DNA of 24,059 nt from a virus. The stretch is from the UHGV virus genome UHGV-0237381; one strand, 5' to 3'. Shown piece by piece: positions 6,756 through 15,552 of the stretch; position 1 is the stretch's first letter, and the number at the start of each line of letters is the position of its first letter. The position numbers and the translations under genes are program-made. The notes beneath the pieces are model-generated. The model had not been told where the DNA came from and did no database searches. It worked only from the letters and a program-made list of their open reading frames with translations.

Positions 6756-7169
6756 ATGTTTGGATTATTTAATAAAAGAAACACAGAGATTGAAAAAGAA
6801 ATAAAAGAAATTGTTTTAAGTGTTTTTCACTCAGAACTTGAAGAAATAAAGGAATGGAACGAAGAAACCTTTCCTGATGCTACTTTGAGCGGACAACTTG
6901 CCAAATTGGAAGAAGAGTTCAAAGAACTTTCAGAAGCAAAAGAAGAAGACAAGATGAAAGAATTTGCAGATGTGTTCATTGTTCTTGGTGGGTTGAGAAG
7001 ATGGGAAAGCCATGTTGGAAGACTTTTTGAAAACAAATTTGCTGAAGACATGTCATTTGCATTGTTAGGTTGTTTGTTAGGTGAAATACAAAAGAAAATG
7101 AAGATAAACCGCAAAAGAATTTGGAAGAAGTCAGGTGATGGAAAATTTCACCACACCAACAAAGAGTAA
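6756..7169 (+). CDS. MazG-like all-alpha NTP pyrophosphohydrolase (DUF550 / dATP-dGTP pyrophosphohydrolase-like)
   Basis: WNEETFP...KLEEEFKEL...EFADVFIV...KKMKINRKRIW...FHH. Confidence 0.75.
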   Translation: MFGLFNKRNTEIEKEIKEIVLSVFHSELEEIKEWNEETFPDATLSGQLAKLEEEFKELSEAKEEDKMKEFADVFIVLGGLRRWESHVGRLFENKFAEDMSFALLGCLLGEIQKKMKINRKRIWKKSGDGKFHHTNKE

Positions 7170-7191
7170 ACAGGAAGACCAAAGGAAGAAG

Positions 7192-7219
7192 GAAGGGGAA
7201 ACACCGCCCCTTCTTTTTT
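7192..7219 (+). terminator. Intrinsic terminator ending the early operon
   Basis: GAAGGGG-aaacaccg-CCCCTTC-TTTTTT. Confidence 0.75.
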
Positions 7220-7223
7220 ATAC

Positions 7224-7253
7224 TTGATTTTTATTTTTAGTTGTTTTTATATT
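7224..7253 (+). promoter_or_regulatory. Candidate late promoter upstream of the terminase genes
   Basis: TTGATT, 18 bp, TATATT. Same geometry as 23853-23882. Confidence 0.45.
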
Positions 7254-7277
7254 TAAACAGGTTTAAACATCAAAAAA

Positions 7278-7715
7278 ATGGTGTTTAATGAACAAAGGGG
7301 GAAAGTCTTGAACAATAACTTGAACAGCGGAAGGGCAAAAAAGGCAGATAATAAAAGGCTTTGCAGGGAACTTTTGAGAAAGGGAAAATCCCAAAGGGAA
7401 ATTGCAAAGTTTTTGGGGGTGAGCTTGCCAACCGCCAATGCATATTGTCAAGAAATAGCAAAAGACATTGAAGAAGCCCAAAGAAAGGCTGAAGAAAAAG
7501 CACAGAAATTGGAAGAACTAAAAAAAGCAAGGGAAGTTGCCAAGAAAATTGAAAAGAAGGAAAAAGCAGAACCAACACCAATTGCATCACCTGAAGAACT
7601 TGCCAAGGAAGGCTTCACCGCTTGTTTGCGGGAATTAAAATTGCGATTGTCAACAATGACCAATGAAGAAGTCATGAAAATAACTGTTGACCTTTGGGAT
7701 AGGGTGAACAGATGA
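7278..7715 (+). CDS. terS: Probable terminase small subunit (HTH plus coiled coil)
   Basis: HTH GKSQREIAKFLGVSLPTANAY. ATGA overlap with terL. Confidence 0.65.
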   Translation: MVFNEQRGKVLNNNLNSGRAKKADNKRLCRELLRKGKSQREIAKFLGVSLPTANAYCQEIAKDIEEAQRKAEEKAQKLEELKKAREVAKKIEKKEKAEPTPIASPEELAKEGFTACLRELKLRLSTMTNEEVMKITVDLWDRVNR

Positions 7716-8965
7716 ATTTCAACTTTGATTTTAAATTCAATTTTAATTTTGGAAGTCAAGAAAAGCAGGATTTGACCTTTTCGCAGTTTTGCACCGCTGT
7801 TGATTATCCACAACCATTTCCAAAACAAATTGAAATGAAAAAGTTTATATTTGAAGGGGATTTTCCCCGCATGGTGCTTGGTGCAAGAGGATATGGAAAA
7901 ACCGACTATGGCACAATTCTTGGAAGTGCTGAAGCCCTGATGAAAAACCATCAATTGGAAATCCTTGTTGTGACAAAGGAACAAGAAAGGGGAAAAGAAA
8001 TTGTTGAAGAAATCAGAAACATTCTTGTCAAGCAAGATGCCAAATTGAAAGGGCGGGCAAAATTCAAAATTCGCTTCAAGGAAAAATTGGGAAAAGAACC
8101 AAATTTGATTGCCTTGACGATACGAAGCAGGGGTTTCAGAGGAAGACACCCTGATTTGGTTATAATGGAAGACCCCATCACCCCTGATGATGACAGCCCC
8201 GCAGAAAGAAGAAGGGTGAAAAAGGTATATGAAGAAATCTATAAATTGACCAAAAACATTGTGATTATTGGGCAACCTGTTCACAAGGCTGATTTATACC
8301 AAGAATTGCGGGAAAAAATCCCAACATTCCTGATGATTTGGGGTGATATACCCGAACTTGATTGTGACCTTGATGCACAAAGAAAAGCAGGTGTTTCAGA
8401 AGAAAGCATTCAAGCATCATATTTCTTGAACATTATGGGTGCGGACAACATGCCCTTCTTCAAAATTAAAACAGTTGATTTCACAGCAAAAGAAAATGTT
8501 GCATTCATTGACCCCGCAAGAGAGGGAAAAGACTTCACAGCAATTTCAGTTGCAGGAAGGAACTTTGACAATTTGGTTGTTTCAGGTTGGGCATTCAGAA
8601 AGGCTTGGTATGATTGTTTGGAAGAATTTGAAAAGATATTCACAGCCTTGAATGTTGGAAAAGTATGTATTGAAACCAATGGAATTGGTGATTTTGCGGT
8701 GATACAAATGCGGAAGTTGGGAATCCCCGCAGTTGGGAAAAACACAACAACAAACAAGCATTCAAGAATCATGAATGTTGCATCTTATGTTCGGGATATA
8801 AAGTTGTTTGAAATGACACAAGGTGACCCCGCCTTGATACAAGGGAATAAAATTTTTATTGACCAAGTAAAAAATTACGAATACAATGCTGAACATGATG
8901 ATGCACCCGACAGTTTGGCAGGTGTTGCAATTTTCATGGGGTTAGTAAAAGATGGCATTTCATAA
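7712..8965 (+). CDS. terL: Terminase large subunit
   Basis: Walker A GARGYGKT, RGRHPDLVIMED (Walker B), nuclease motifs FIDPA...DFTA, IETNG, HDDAPDSL. Confidence 0.93.
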   Translation: MNFNFDFKFNFNFGSQEKQDLTFSQFCTAVDYPQPFPKQIEMKKFIFEGDFPRMVLGARGYGKTDYGTILGSAEALMKNHQLEILVVTKEQERGKEIVEEIRNILVKQDAKLKGRAKFKIRFKEKLGKEPNLIALTIRSRGFRGRHPDLVIMEDPITPDDDSPAERRRVKKVYEEIYKLTKNIVIIGQPVHKADLYQELREKIPTFLMIWGDIPELDCDLDAQRKAGVSEESIQASYFLNIMGADNMPFFKIKTVDFTAKENVAFIDPAREGKDFTAISVAGRNFDNLVVSGWAFRKAWYDCLEEFEKIFTALNVGKVCIETNGIGDFAVIQMRKLGIPAVGKNTTTNKHSRIMNVASYVRDIKLFEMTQGDPALIQGNKIFIDQVKNYEYNAEHDDAPDSLAGVAIFMGLVKDGIS

Positions 8966-9917
8966 TATATTCAAAACAATGACAGGGGGAACAGTTGTCA
9001 CAGACATTGCGAACCCATACAAATTGAAGGTTGATGAAACAACCTTTGTTGATTTCCAAACTTCCCTTTTATATCAAAAAATCCTGAAAAGATGCTATGC
9101 AAAAAGCATGGGCATGACAGATGAACAAGCCCGCAACCTTTGGGATAGTGTTGAACTTTCAAATGCACAATATGGAACAATCACCCGAATTGCTGATGCA
9201 ATGACAGCCAAGAAAGAATTGATTTTGGTGAATGATAGCGGTGTTGTAAGGGTTGCAGATTACCAAGAAGGGGAAGAAATAAAAAAAGCCTATGCAGAAG
9301 GAAAAAAGGCAAATGGTGTTTATATGAACTTTCAAAAATACACCATGACCGATATTATCAAAATTTACATGGGACTTGTTTTTGATATTATGGGCGGGGC
9401 AAAAGTGAACCTTGGATTGGCAAAGGCACTTCAATTGAAGATTGCTGATTTGCGAAAAACAATTTCAACATCTTCTTCAGATGATGCCAAAAGCCAAGCT
9501 GAAACAATTGCAAAGGCTTTGAAAGATGGAAAAAGCACTTGTCTTGATGCAGGTGACAGCATTGTGACAACCCCGCTTCAAACCCAACCGATAACAGACG
9601 GATTGAAGCTTGTTTATGGTTGTTTGGCTTCCTTGATTGGTGTTTCAACATCATTTGTTGCAGGAGAATTGACTTCAGGCATGGCAGTCACAGGGGAAGC
9701 AGATGTGAATGCAAATGAAGATGGTATCAAAGATTTCTTCAATTCTGTTTTCAAACCTATACATGACAAACTTTTTGACATTCAGTTGAAGTTCAAAACA
9801 GACAATTGGCGAAAGTTCAAAGAATTTGCACAAGTCATTCCCTATGTGGAAAGTTCAATGTTCATAACTGATGAACAAAAGAAAGAATTTTTTGAATATT
9901 TATTCGGGGGTGATTGA
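8952..9917 (+). CDS. Portal protein (short, 321 aa)
   Basis: Position after terL, helical content, 'LASLIGVSTSFVAGE' portal-like segment. Confidence 0.7.
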   Translation: MAFHNIFKTMTGGTVVTDIANPYKLKVDETTFVDFQTSLLYQKILKRCYAKSMGMTDEQARNLWDSVELSNAQYGTITRIADAMTAKKELILVNDSGVVRVADYQEGEEIKKAYAEGKKANGVYMNFQKYTMTDIIKIYMGLVFDIMGGAKVNLGLAKALQLKIADLRKTISTSSSDDAKSQAETIAKALKDGKSTCLDAGDSIVTTPLQTQPITDGLKLVYGCLASLIGVSTSFVAGELTSGMAVTGEADVNANEDGIKDFFNSVFKPIHDKLFDIQLKFKTDNWRKFKEFAQVIPYVESSMFITDEQKKEFFEYLFGGD

Positions 9918-10438
9918 TGATATTCAATTCTGTTCAATATTTGAAATTATTGTTTGGGGCGGACTTTTTCAAAGGGCGGTTGCTGAATTCAGACCTTGAA
10001 TTGAAACAACTTGCCCTTCAATCAATTTTAAAATCAACAACACTTTCCAAAAGAGAAATTGAAGCGACTGTTTATAAAGTTGTTGACAATTACGAAGAAA
10101 AAATGAAAAAATTGAAGAAAGAGAAAGTCAAGGCATTCAAGGCAAAAGCTTTGAACAATGAAGTTCTTTTGAAAGATAGGATTGAAAACCTTGTGTTGTG
10201 GAATGAAGTTCAGAACCTAAAAAAAGAACATGAAGGGCAATTTTACAGATGGTTGCCAAGTTCTTCAAAAATCCCCGACCCTGAACATCAACTTCTTTAT
10301 GGAAAGATTTTCAAAGTTGGGGAAGGGGACAAGGAAGGCAACATGCCTTCTGAAAGATATGGTTGCAAATGTGGAATTCAATTTTTGACAGCCAAGGAAG
10401 CCAAAGAAATGAAAGGAAGGTTAAAACATGGCATTTAG
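9914..10438 (+). CDS. MuF-like head morphogenesis protein
   Basis: YRW...DPEH..LYGKIF...PSERYGCKC motif, located after the portal gene. Confidence 0.65.
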   Translation: MMIFNSVQYLKLLFGADFFKGRLLNSDLELKQLALQSILKSTTLSKREIEATVYKVVDNYEEKMKKLKKEKVKAFKAKALNNEVLLKDRIENLVLWNEVQNLKKEHEGQFYRWLPSSSKIPDPEHQLLYGKIFKVGEGDKEGNMPSERYGCKCGIQFLTAKEAKEMKGRLKHGI

Positions 10439-11045
10439 TGAAGAACAAGAAGCCCAAATTTTGGATATGATGGGCAAAATGGGTGAATTCTTGACCAAGC
10501 AAAGCGAAAGCAAGGAAGAAAAGAAAGAACCTGAAAAAAAAGATGAAAGATTGCTTGATGAAGCAAAAAAGAACATGGAAGAAAAGAGCAATCAAGAAGA
10601 AAGCCAAGCCAACATTGAAAAGGCATTGGATTTCAACATGAAGATTTCAACATTTGCGGAAAAATACAAAGATATTTTGCCCGCTTCCATCAAGTCGGTT
10701 ATTGACACCGCAAATGGCAAAAGCTACACTTCAGCAATTGCCAAAGCTGATGAAATGCGAAAAGCAATTCTTGAAGCATATTTGGAAGTTCAATCAAATG
10801 TTGACAGCCTTCCCGATGGCATGAAAGCCAAGGCAAATGCTTATAAAGCATTGACAGAAGATGCAAAAAGAGCAAAGTCGGGGCAATATTGGGAAATTGT
10901 GGAAGTTGGTGCAGAACTTCAGACTTCAAAAAAGAGGGCTGAAGCAGTAAACAAAGCCAATGGAAGCGGAAACGGAAGCGGGGAAGATAATGCCTTCAGG
11001 GCAAAATTCCTTGCATTGGGTGATAAATACAAAAGAAAGGAATAG
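10428..11045 (+). CDS. Capsid scaffolding protein
   Basis: Charged helical protein with a Gly/Ser/Asn linker near the C-terminus, in the head module. Confidence 0.55.
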   Translation: MAFSEEQEAQILDMMGKMGEFLTKQSESKEEKKEPEKKDERLLDEAKKNMEEKSNQEESQANIEKALDFNMKISTFAEKYKDILPASIKSVIDTANGKSYTSAIAKADEMRKAILEAYLEVQSNVDSLPDGMKAKANAYKALTEDAKRAKSGQYWEIVEVGAELQTSKKRAEAVNKANGSGNGSGEDNAFRAKFLALGDKYKRKE

Positions 11046-11048
11046 TAA

Positions 11049-11459
11049 ATGGCTACATTATTGGGAACACCTTATGAAAGGGGAAAATCTGATGTTATTG
11101 TTAGCAGAAAGGTTGATGCACCTATTGAAGAAGGTTTATTTGTTGCAGATGCAGGCGAAGGAAAAGTTGCAGTAAACGGCGAAACCCCTTTTGGCATCAT
11201 GGGACAAAATGAAATTGTTGGTTGTTCAGTTGTTGTTGCGGGAATGAAAGTATATGTTCAAGCTGATGCAGGTTGCAACCCAACAGTTGGCGGACAAGTT
11301 CATGTGACCGCAGAAGGCAAAGTTTCACATGAAGGTGGAACAGCAATCAATGCAACATTCGCTGAAGGTGAATGCAAAGAAAATGGTGTCACAGACAACA
11401 CCGCAGTAAAAGCAACAAACCGCAGATGTGTTGCAATCAACATGGTTGGCGGTTGCTAA
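11049..11459 (+). CDS. Head decoration/cement protein
   Basis: Small Gly/Val-rich beta protein ('PTVGGQVHVTAEGKVS') between scaffold and capsid genes. Confidence 0.6.
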   Translation: MATLLGTPYERGKSDVIVSRKVDAPIEEGLFVADAGEGKVAVNGETPFGIMGQNEIVGCSVVVAGMKVYVQADAGCNPTVGGQVHVTAEGKVSHEGGTAINATFAEGECKENGVTDNTAVKATNRRCVAINMVGGC

Positions 11460-11614
11460 TGGCAAAACAGGATTTGAAAGAACCTGAAGAAATAAAAGAA
11501 CCCGAATTTCAGGTTCAAGCGAGTGAAAGCGAAGAGGTGAAAACCGAGCCAAAGCCCGCAAAAAAAGAAAAAATTGTTTTAAAGAAATTTTCTAAATTTA
11601 TGAAAGGAAAATAA
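11459..11614 (+). CDS. 51-aa charged, probably disordered head-module protein
   Basis: TAATG overlap; MAKQDLKEPEEIKEPE...KKFSKFMKGK. Confidence 0.55.
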   Translation: MAKQDLKEPEEIKEPEFQVQASESEEVKTEPKPAKKEKIVLKKFSKFMKGK

Positions 11615-11615
11615 A

Positions 11616-12485
11616 ATGGCTACTGATTTAAGAACAGGTATTCTTGAAAAAGAAGAATATTTGAACAATGCCCGCATCATGTATTCACCTGTTATTTTGG
11701 CATTACAAAATAAAGAATTTCACAATGTTGATATTTCAAAAGTGAAATTCAAAGAATATAATGTTGAAGATGATTCAATTGTTGCGGAAGTTCTAACAAA
11801 AGAAGCAACAGAAAAAGCACACATCAAGGCAAGAGGTGTTGAAAAAACATTCAACATCTTTGTTAAGGGTGCAAAATTCATCAAGTCATTGGCTGATGGT
11901 GCAGTTGTTGACCTTCAAAAAATCCACAACCGAGTTTTAAGAGATTACATGATAATCTTTGACAAAGATGGTTTACATGGTGACGGTGGAAACAATGGTT
12001 TGTTAAAATCAAATGACCCATATTATGTGACAAATGCAAATCATCAAATTCCCGCTGTTGATGGAAATGGCTTCAACCGAGTTCAAAACATCAATGCTTT
12101 GATGAACACATTAAAACTTCAAGTTGGTGAAAAAACTTCTTCTTCTGATGTGAAAATCTTTGTTTATGGTGCGGATTTAATTAAATTCTTGGGTTCAATT
12201 ACACAAGACAATGAAACAACAGTTCGTGACATTCTCAAAAAGGCATATCCTGAAGCAATGTTCATTGAAATCCCTTCATTGGCTTTGAATTCTGATGATG
12301 GCAATGGTTTTGTTGTGGTTTCTGATGATGCAACAACACTTCATTTGACTACTGAACCAACTATCAAAAAACAAGGCGAGAATGAAGAAAATGAATATTA
12401 CTATGCAAACTATGTGACAGGTTCTTTGCAGGTTACACCTGATTTGGAAGGTGCAATCATCAAACAGCCAATCACTTTTGCATAA
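11616..12485 (+). CDS. Major capsid protein (HK97 fold inferred)
   Basis: 289 aa, strong SD GAAAGGA, 'DKDGLHGDGGNNGLL' spine-helix-end motif, synteny. Confidence 0.7.
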   Translation: MATDLRTGILEKEEYLNNARIMYSPVILALQNKEFHNVDISKVKFKEYNVEDDSIVAEVLTKEATEKAHIKARGVEKTFNIFVKGAKFIKSLADGAVVDLQKIHNRVLRDYMIIFDKDGLHGDGGNNGLLKSNDPYYVTNANHQIPAVDGNGFNRVQNINALMNTLKLQVGEKTSSSDVKIFVYGADLIKFLGSITQDNETTVRDILKKAYPEAMFIEIPSLALNSDDGNGFVVVSDDATTLHLTTEPTIKKQGENEENEYYYANYVTGSLQVTPDLEGAIIKQPITFA

Positions 12486-12496
12486 GGGGGTGAACC

Positions 12497-12760
12497 ATGG
12501 CTGATGAAATCAGAAAATATGCAAACCAAGTGTTGCAAAGCATAAGTCAAGCAACATTGACAGATGAAGAAGCAATCCTTCTTCCTGAAGTCGATCAAGC
12601 TAACCTGATTTTGGAAGCCTTGGCAAAAGTTATGAACCAAAGAGGGGCAACAGGCAACGGCTTCAAGAAATTGCGAGCCTTTGCCACCCTCAACGGCATA
12701 GAGATTGGAACGAAGCAAAACAAAAGAAGTGATATTTTGATTGGCATGGTGATTGAGTGA
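12497..12760 (+). CDS. Putative head-tail adaptor
   Basis: Position after the capsid gene, small and helical. Confidence 0.4.
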   Translation: MADEIRKYANQVLQSISQATLTDEEAILLPEVDQANLILEALAKVMNQRGATGNGFKKLRAFATLNGIEIGTKQNKRSDILIGMVIE

Positions 12761-13227
12761 TGGAGTTGAAAATTCAAAATCTTTCAAAAAAGTTGGCTTT
12801 CAAGCTTGATAAATACCAAGTTCAAGTCGGTTTGTTGGAAGATAAGAAAAGAAAACAGCCAAAATTCGGAGAATATAAAAGCTATGCAGGAAAAACACTT
12901 TTGAGGGAAGGCAAAGTTTCAACAGGTGCTTCAATGGTTGAAGTTGCTGAATATCTTGACCGCAAATATAAATGGTTGCGGAAGCCATTCTTGATAAGAA
13001 ACAATAAAGAAGTTGTTTTGGTTTTGAATGACATTGTGAAAGATATGAATGGGCAGGATTTGAAACAGCGGATTTTGAACGGATTTCAAGCTGTTGTCAG
13101 AAATCCAATATTGCGGGGCGAGTATGGAAAGAACACAAGCCCATGGGCAAAGAAAAAAGGCTTCAATCAATTACTAATGATGACAGGACAATTTTTCAAA
13201 AATGTGAAGGCGAGGTTTAAAAAATAA
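12757..13227 (+). CDS. Putative neck/tail completion protein (HK97 gp10-like)
   Basis: Basic protein with VQVG, RKPFL and 'NTSPWAKKKGFNQLLMMTGQF' motifs. Confidence 0.55.
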   Translation: MMELKIQNLSKKLAFKLDKYQVQVGLLEDKKRKQPKFGEYKSYAGKTLLREGKVSTGASMVEVAEYLDRKYKWLRKPFLIRNNKEVVLVLNDIVKDMNGQDLKQRILNGFQAVVRNPILRGEYGKNTSPWAKKKGFNQLLMMTGQFFKNVKARFKK

Positions 13228-13661
13228 TGTTCAGACCAAAACTTGAAGAATGCTTGAAAGGCATATTTGAACTTGAAAAAGTTATTTATGGCAACATTGG
13301 TGAAGGAAGTGAACAAAATGCCATCTATGTTTCCATTGACCAAATAAAGACAAGCCCTGCTGATGGGGAATGTTATTTCAGGGTAAGAGGGACACTTGGC
13401 ATCAATGCTGAAGCGGTGAATTATAAATATGGTTATTTGAAGGAAAGATGCAGGCTTGCAGACAAGAACTTGACCAAATATTTTGGCTTTGCTTCAAATG
13501 ACAACAATGTGAATTTTTCGGTTTATGATGATTTATTTGTCAAGCCAACATTAGATTTCACATTCAGGATTTCAATTCCTTGGAATCCACCCGCAGGGAA
13601 AATGACTTTTGAAAAGTTGAATTGGGTTAAAAATATTATAAACAGGATAAAGGGAATATAA
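13227..13661 (+). CDS. Putative tail terminator
   Basis: 144 aa, immediately before the sheath gene. Confidence 0.45.
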   Translation: MFRPKLEECLKGIFELEKVIYGNIGEGSEQNAIYVSIDQIKTSPADGECYFRVRGTLGINAEAVNYKYGYLKERCRLADKNLTKYFGFASNDNNVNFSVYDDLFVKPTLDFTFRISIPWNPPAGKMTFEKLNWVKNIINRIKGI

Positions 13662-13662
13662 A

Positions 13663-14592
13663 ATGAAAGATGTTTTATTGGAATATGTGATGAAGGTTGA
13701 TGCCTATGCACCGACCCCATCAGCTTCAACAGCATACATTCGCAAGGTGCTTTGTGTTGTTAAGCCATTGCCCGAAGGGATAACAGGAACAATTTCAGAA
13801 TGCACCACAAAATCAGAAATTCAAGCATTGACAAGTGCAAATTGTCATGTGTTGTTGGAAGCGGGGCTTCCTTCTGTTTATGTGTTGCCAACAAACACAT
13901 TGGATATTGCGGATATATTAGAAGCAACAGACAAGAAGTTCTTCACAATCTTGGTTGATGGTGCATTCACAAATGAAGAAATGAATGCCCTTGATGATGG
14001 TGAATTCAATGGTGTTATTGGTTGGAGTGTAGAAAACAGAGAGCAAGCCAAAAATTGGGGCTATGGAAACAGCAATGTTGGATTTTATGACCTTGATGTG
14101 AATGGTTCGCAAAATATGTATTATGCATTTGGTAAATTGCTTTCAGCTAATACATGGAAAAATCAACAATATATTGAAATGCCTTATGGTTCGGGTATTA
14201 GTTCAATCAATCAAGCTGAATTGATGTTTGAAGACAGCATTTCTTTTGTGTTGACTTCTGATGAATACCAAAACAGACTTGCTTTGTTTGCATCAAACCG
14301 CAGGGCAATTGTTGCACCTTATGTTTATGAAGAATTGACATTGAAGCTTCAATCAAAAGCCCTTCAATATATTTCATTGAACCAACCAAACTATACAGAA
14401 GCAGAAGCAAGCCTATTGGAAGACGCATTGCAAGGTGTTGTTGATGGTTATGTTGAACAAGGCATCATCACACATGGAAAAGTTGTTGTGAGTTTGACAG
14501 ATGAACAATTTGTTGCACAAGCTTCAATCAATATTCCTGAACCAAAAGCATTGTGGAGAATAAAAGCAACAATGAAGCAAGGGGAGATTTAA
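13663..14592 (+). CDS. Tail sheath protein (minimal, 309 aa)
   Basis: C-terminal 'PNYTEAEASLLEDALQGVVDGYVEQGII...ALWRIKATM' resembles the sheath C-terminal domain. Confidence 0.7.
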   Translation: MKDVLLEYVMKVDAYAPTPSASTAYIRKVLCVVKPLPEGITGTISECTTKSEIQALTSANCHVLLEAGLPSVYVLPTNTLDIADILEATDKKFFTILVDGAFTNEEMNALDDGEFNGVIGWSVENREQAKNWGYGNSNVGFYDLDVNGSQNMYYAFGKLLSANTWKNQQYIEMPYGSGISSINQAELMFEDSISFVLTSDEYQNRLALFASNRRAIVAPYVYEELTLKLQSKALQYISLNQPNYTEAEASLLEDALQGVVDGYVEQGIITHGKVVVSLTDEQFVAQASINIPEPKALWRIKATMKQGEI

Positions 14593-14595
14593 GAG

Positions 14596-15021
14596 ATGTT
14601 ACAGATTTGGAATTGTGAAGGCGGTTTCACTTATAATGGGGTGAACTATAAATTCAAGGATTTGGATTCTGTTGCTTATACATACAGCAAGAAAAATCAT
14701 TTGATTAGAGGTGCAAACGCAACAAACAAAATGGGTATTTTAAGCCAAGAAGGCGGAAAGACACCTGATGTTGTTGAATATAGTGTTGTTGATTGCACAA
14801 AAGCAATTTATTCACTTTTGCTTCAGTTATTTGAGGAAAGAAAAAGAATTGATGCTTTCTTCATTGACCGCAACACAGGTGAATATATAATCTTCAAAGA
14901 TGCTATAATCAGAGATAAACCAAGACAAGCAAATGTTGGTGAAGATGACACAAGCCATTCTTTCATGTTTGCGGTTGAAAGTTTCAATGTGACAGAAAAA
15001 GTGATTGAAGATGAAGCATAA
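14596..15021 (+). CDS. Tail tube protein
   Basis: 141 aa, beta-rich, directly after the sheath gene. Confidence 0.65.
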   Translation: MLQIWNCEGGFTYNGVNYKFKDLDSVAYTYSKKNHLIRGANATNKMGILSQEGGKTPDVVEYSVVDCTKAIYSLLLQLFEERKRIDAFFIDRNTGEYIIFKDAIIRDKPRQANVGEDDTSHSFMFAVESFNVTEKVIEDEA

Positions 15022-15373
15022 TATCACAAAAGATGACCTGAAGGGGCTGAAAAGCCCCGCAGGCTTTCAAGTTTTATTCACACTTTTGATTGGCTTTTAT
15101 TCAGTACCTGCATTTGGTGCATCAACTTCATTTGATGAATTTGTGAAGGATTTTGAAAAGATGCCAAGGGAAGACCGCAGAAGAATTCTTGCAAAGTCGG
15201 TTTGCATTACTCAATTGACCGAAAGTGAATATATGAATGTTCTATGCTTTGCGAGAGATGAAAACGGCATTCCCTATTCAAAAGAGAATGTGGAAAACTT
15301 GATCTATGATGAAATCATGGAAATTGTTGTTGATGTTTGCTTGGCTTATTCTGATTGCAAGGTTTTTTTTTGA
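15011..15373 (+). CDS. Tail assembly chaperone (gpG-like)
   Basis: Between tube and tape-measure genes; ends GTT TTT TTT TGA. Confidence 0.7.
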   Translation: MKHNITKDDLKGLKSPAGFQVLFTLLIGFYSVPAFGASTSFDEFVKDFEKMPREDRRRILAKSVCITQLTESEYMNVLCFARDENGIPYSKENVENLIYDEIMEIVVDVCLAYSDCKVFF

Positions 15374-15552
15374 CAGATGACCAAATAAAGCAATTGGGAA
15401 AATTTTCAGTTGACCTTTTTCAACAAGCTAATGTATTATTAAAAACAAGAAGTGATTTCACCTTTGAAGAACTTTTGAACACAGCATTTTTGGAAGCATA
15501 CAATGGCAGACAGTTATATTTTAAATATAAAACCGACAATTTCCGCAAGTGA
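15364..15552 (+). CDS. -1 frameshift extension of the tail chaperone (gpT-like)
   Basis: Slippery T TTT TTT at 15364-15370. The -1 frame is open (FFLTDDQIK...) to 15552 and has no good start of its own. Confidence 0.75.
   Translation, partial: FFLTDDQIKQLGKFSVDLFQQANVLLKTRSDFTFEELLNTAFLEAYNGRQLYFKYKTDNFRK

Noticed and set aside
7712..7750. NFNFDFKFNFNF low-complexity N-terminus of TerL as a separate repeat element
   Set aside because: Short peptide-level repetition only. The true start may lie downstream, and there is no evidence of function.
7448..8284. 278-aa minus-strand ORF and the many other antisense ORFs in the track
   Set aside because: Shadows of well-supported genes on the opposite strand, F/S/L-rich, with no SD or motifs.
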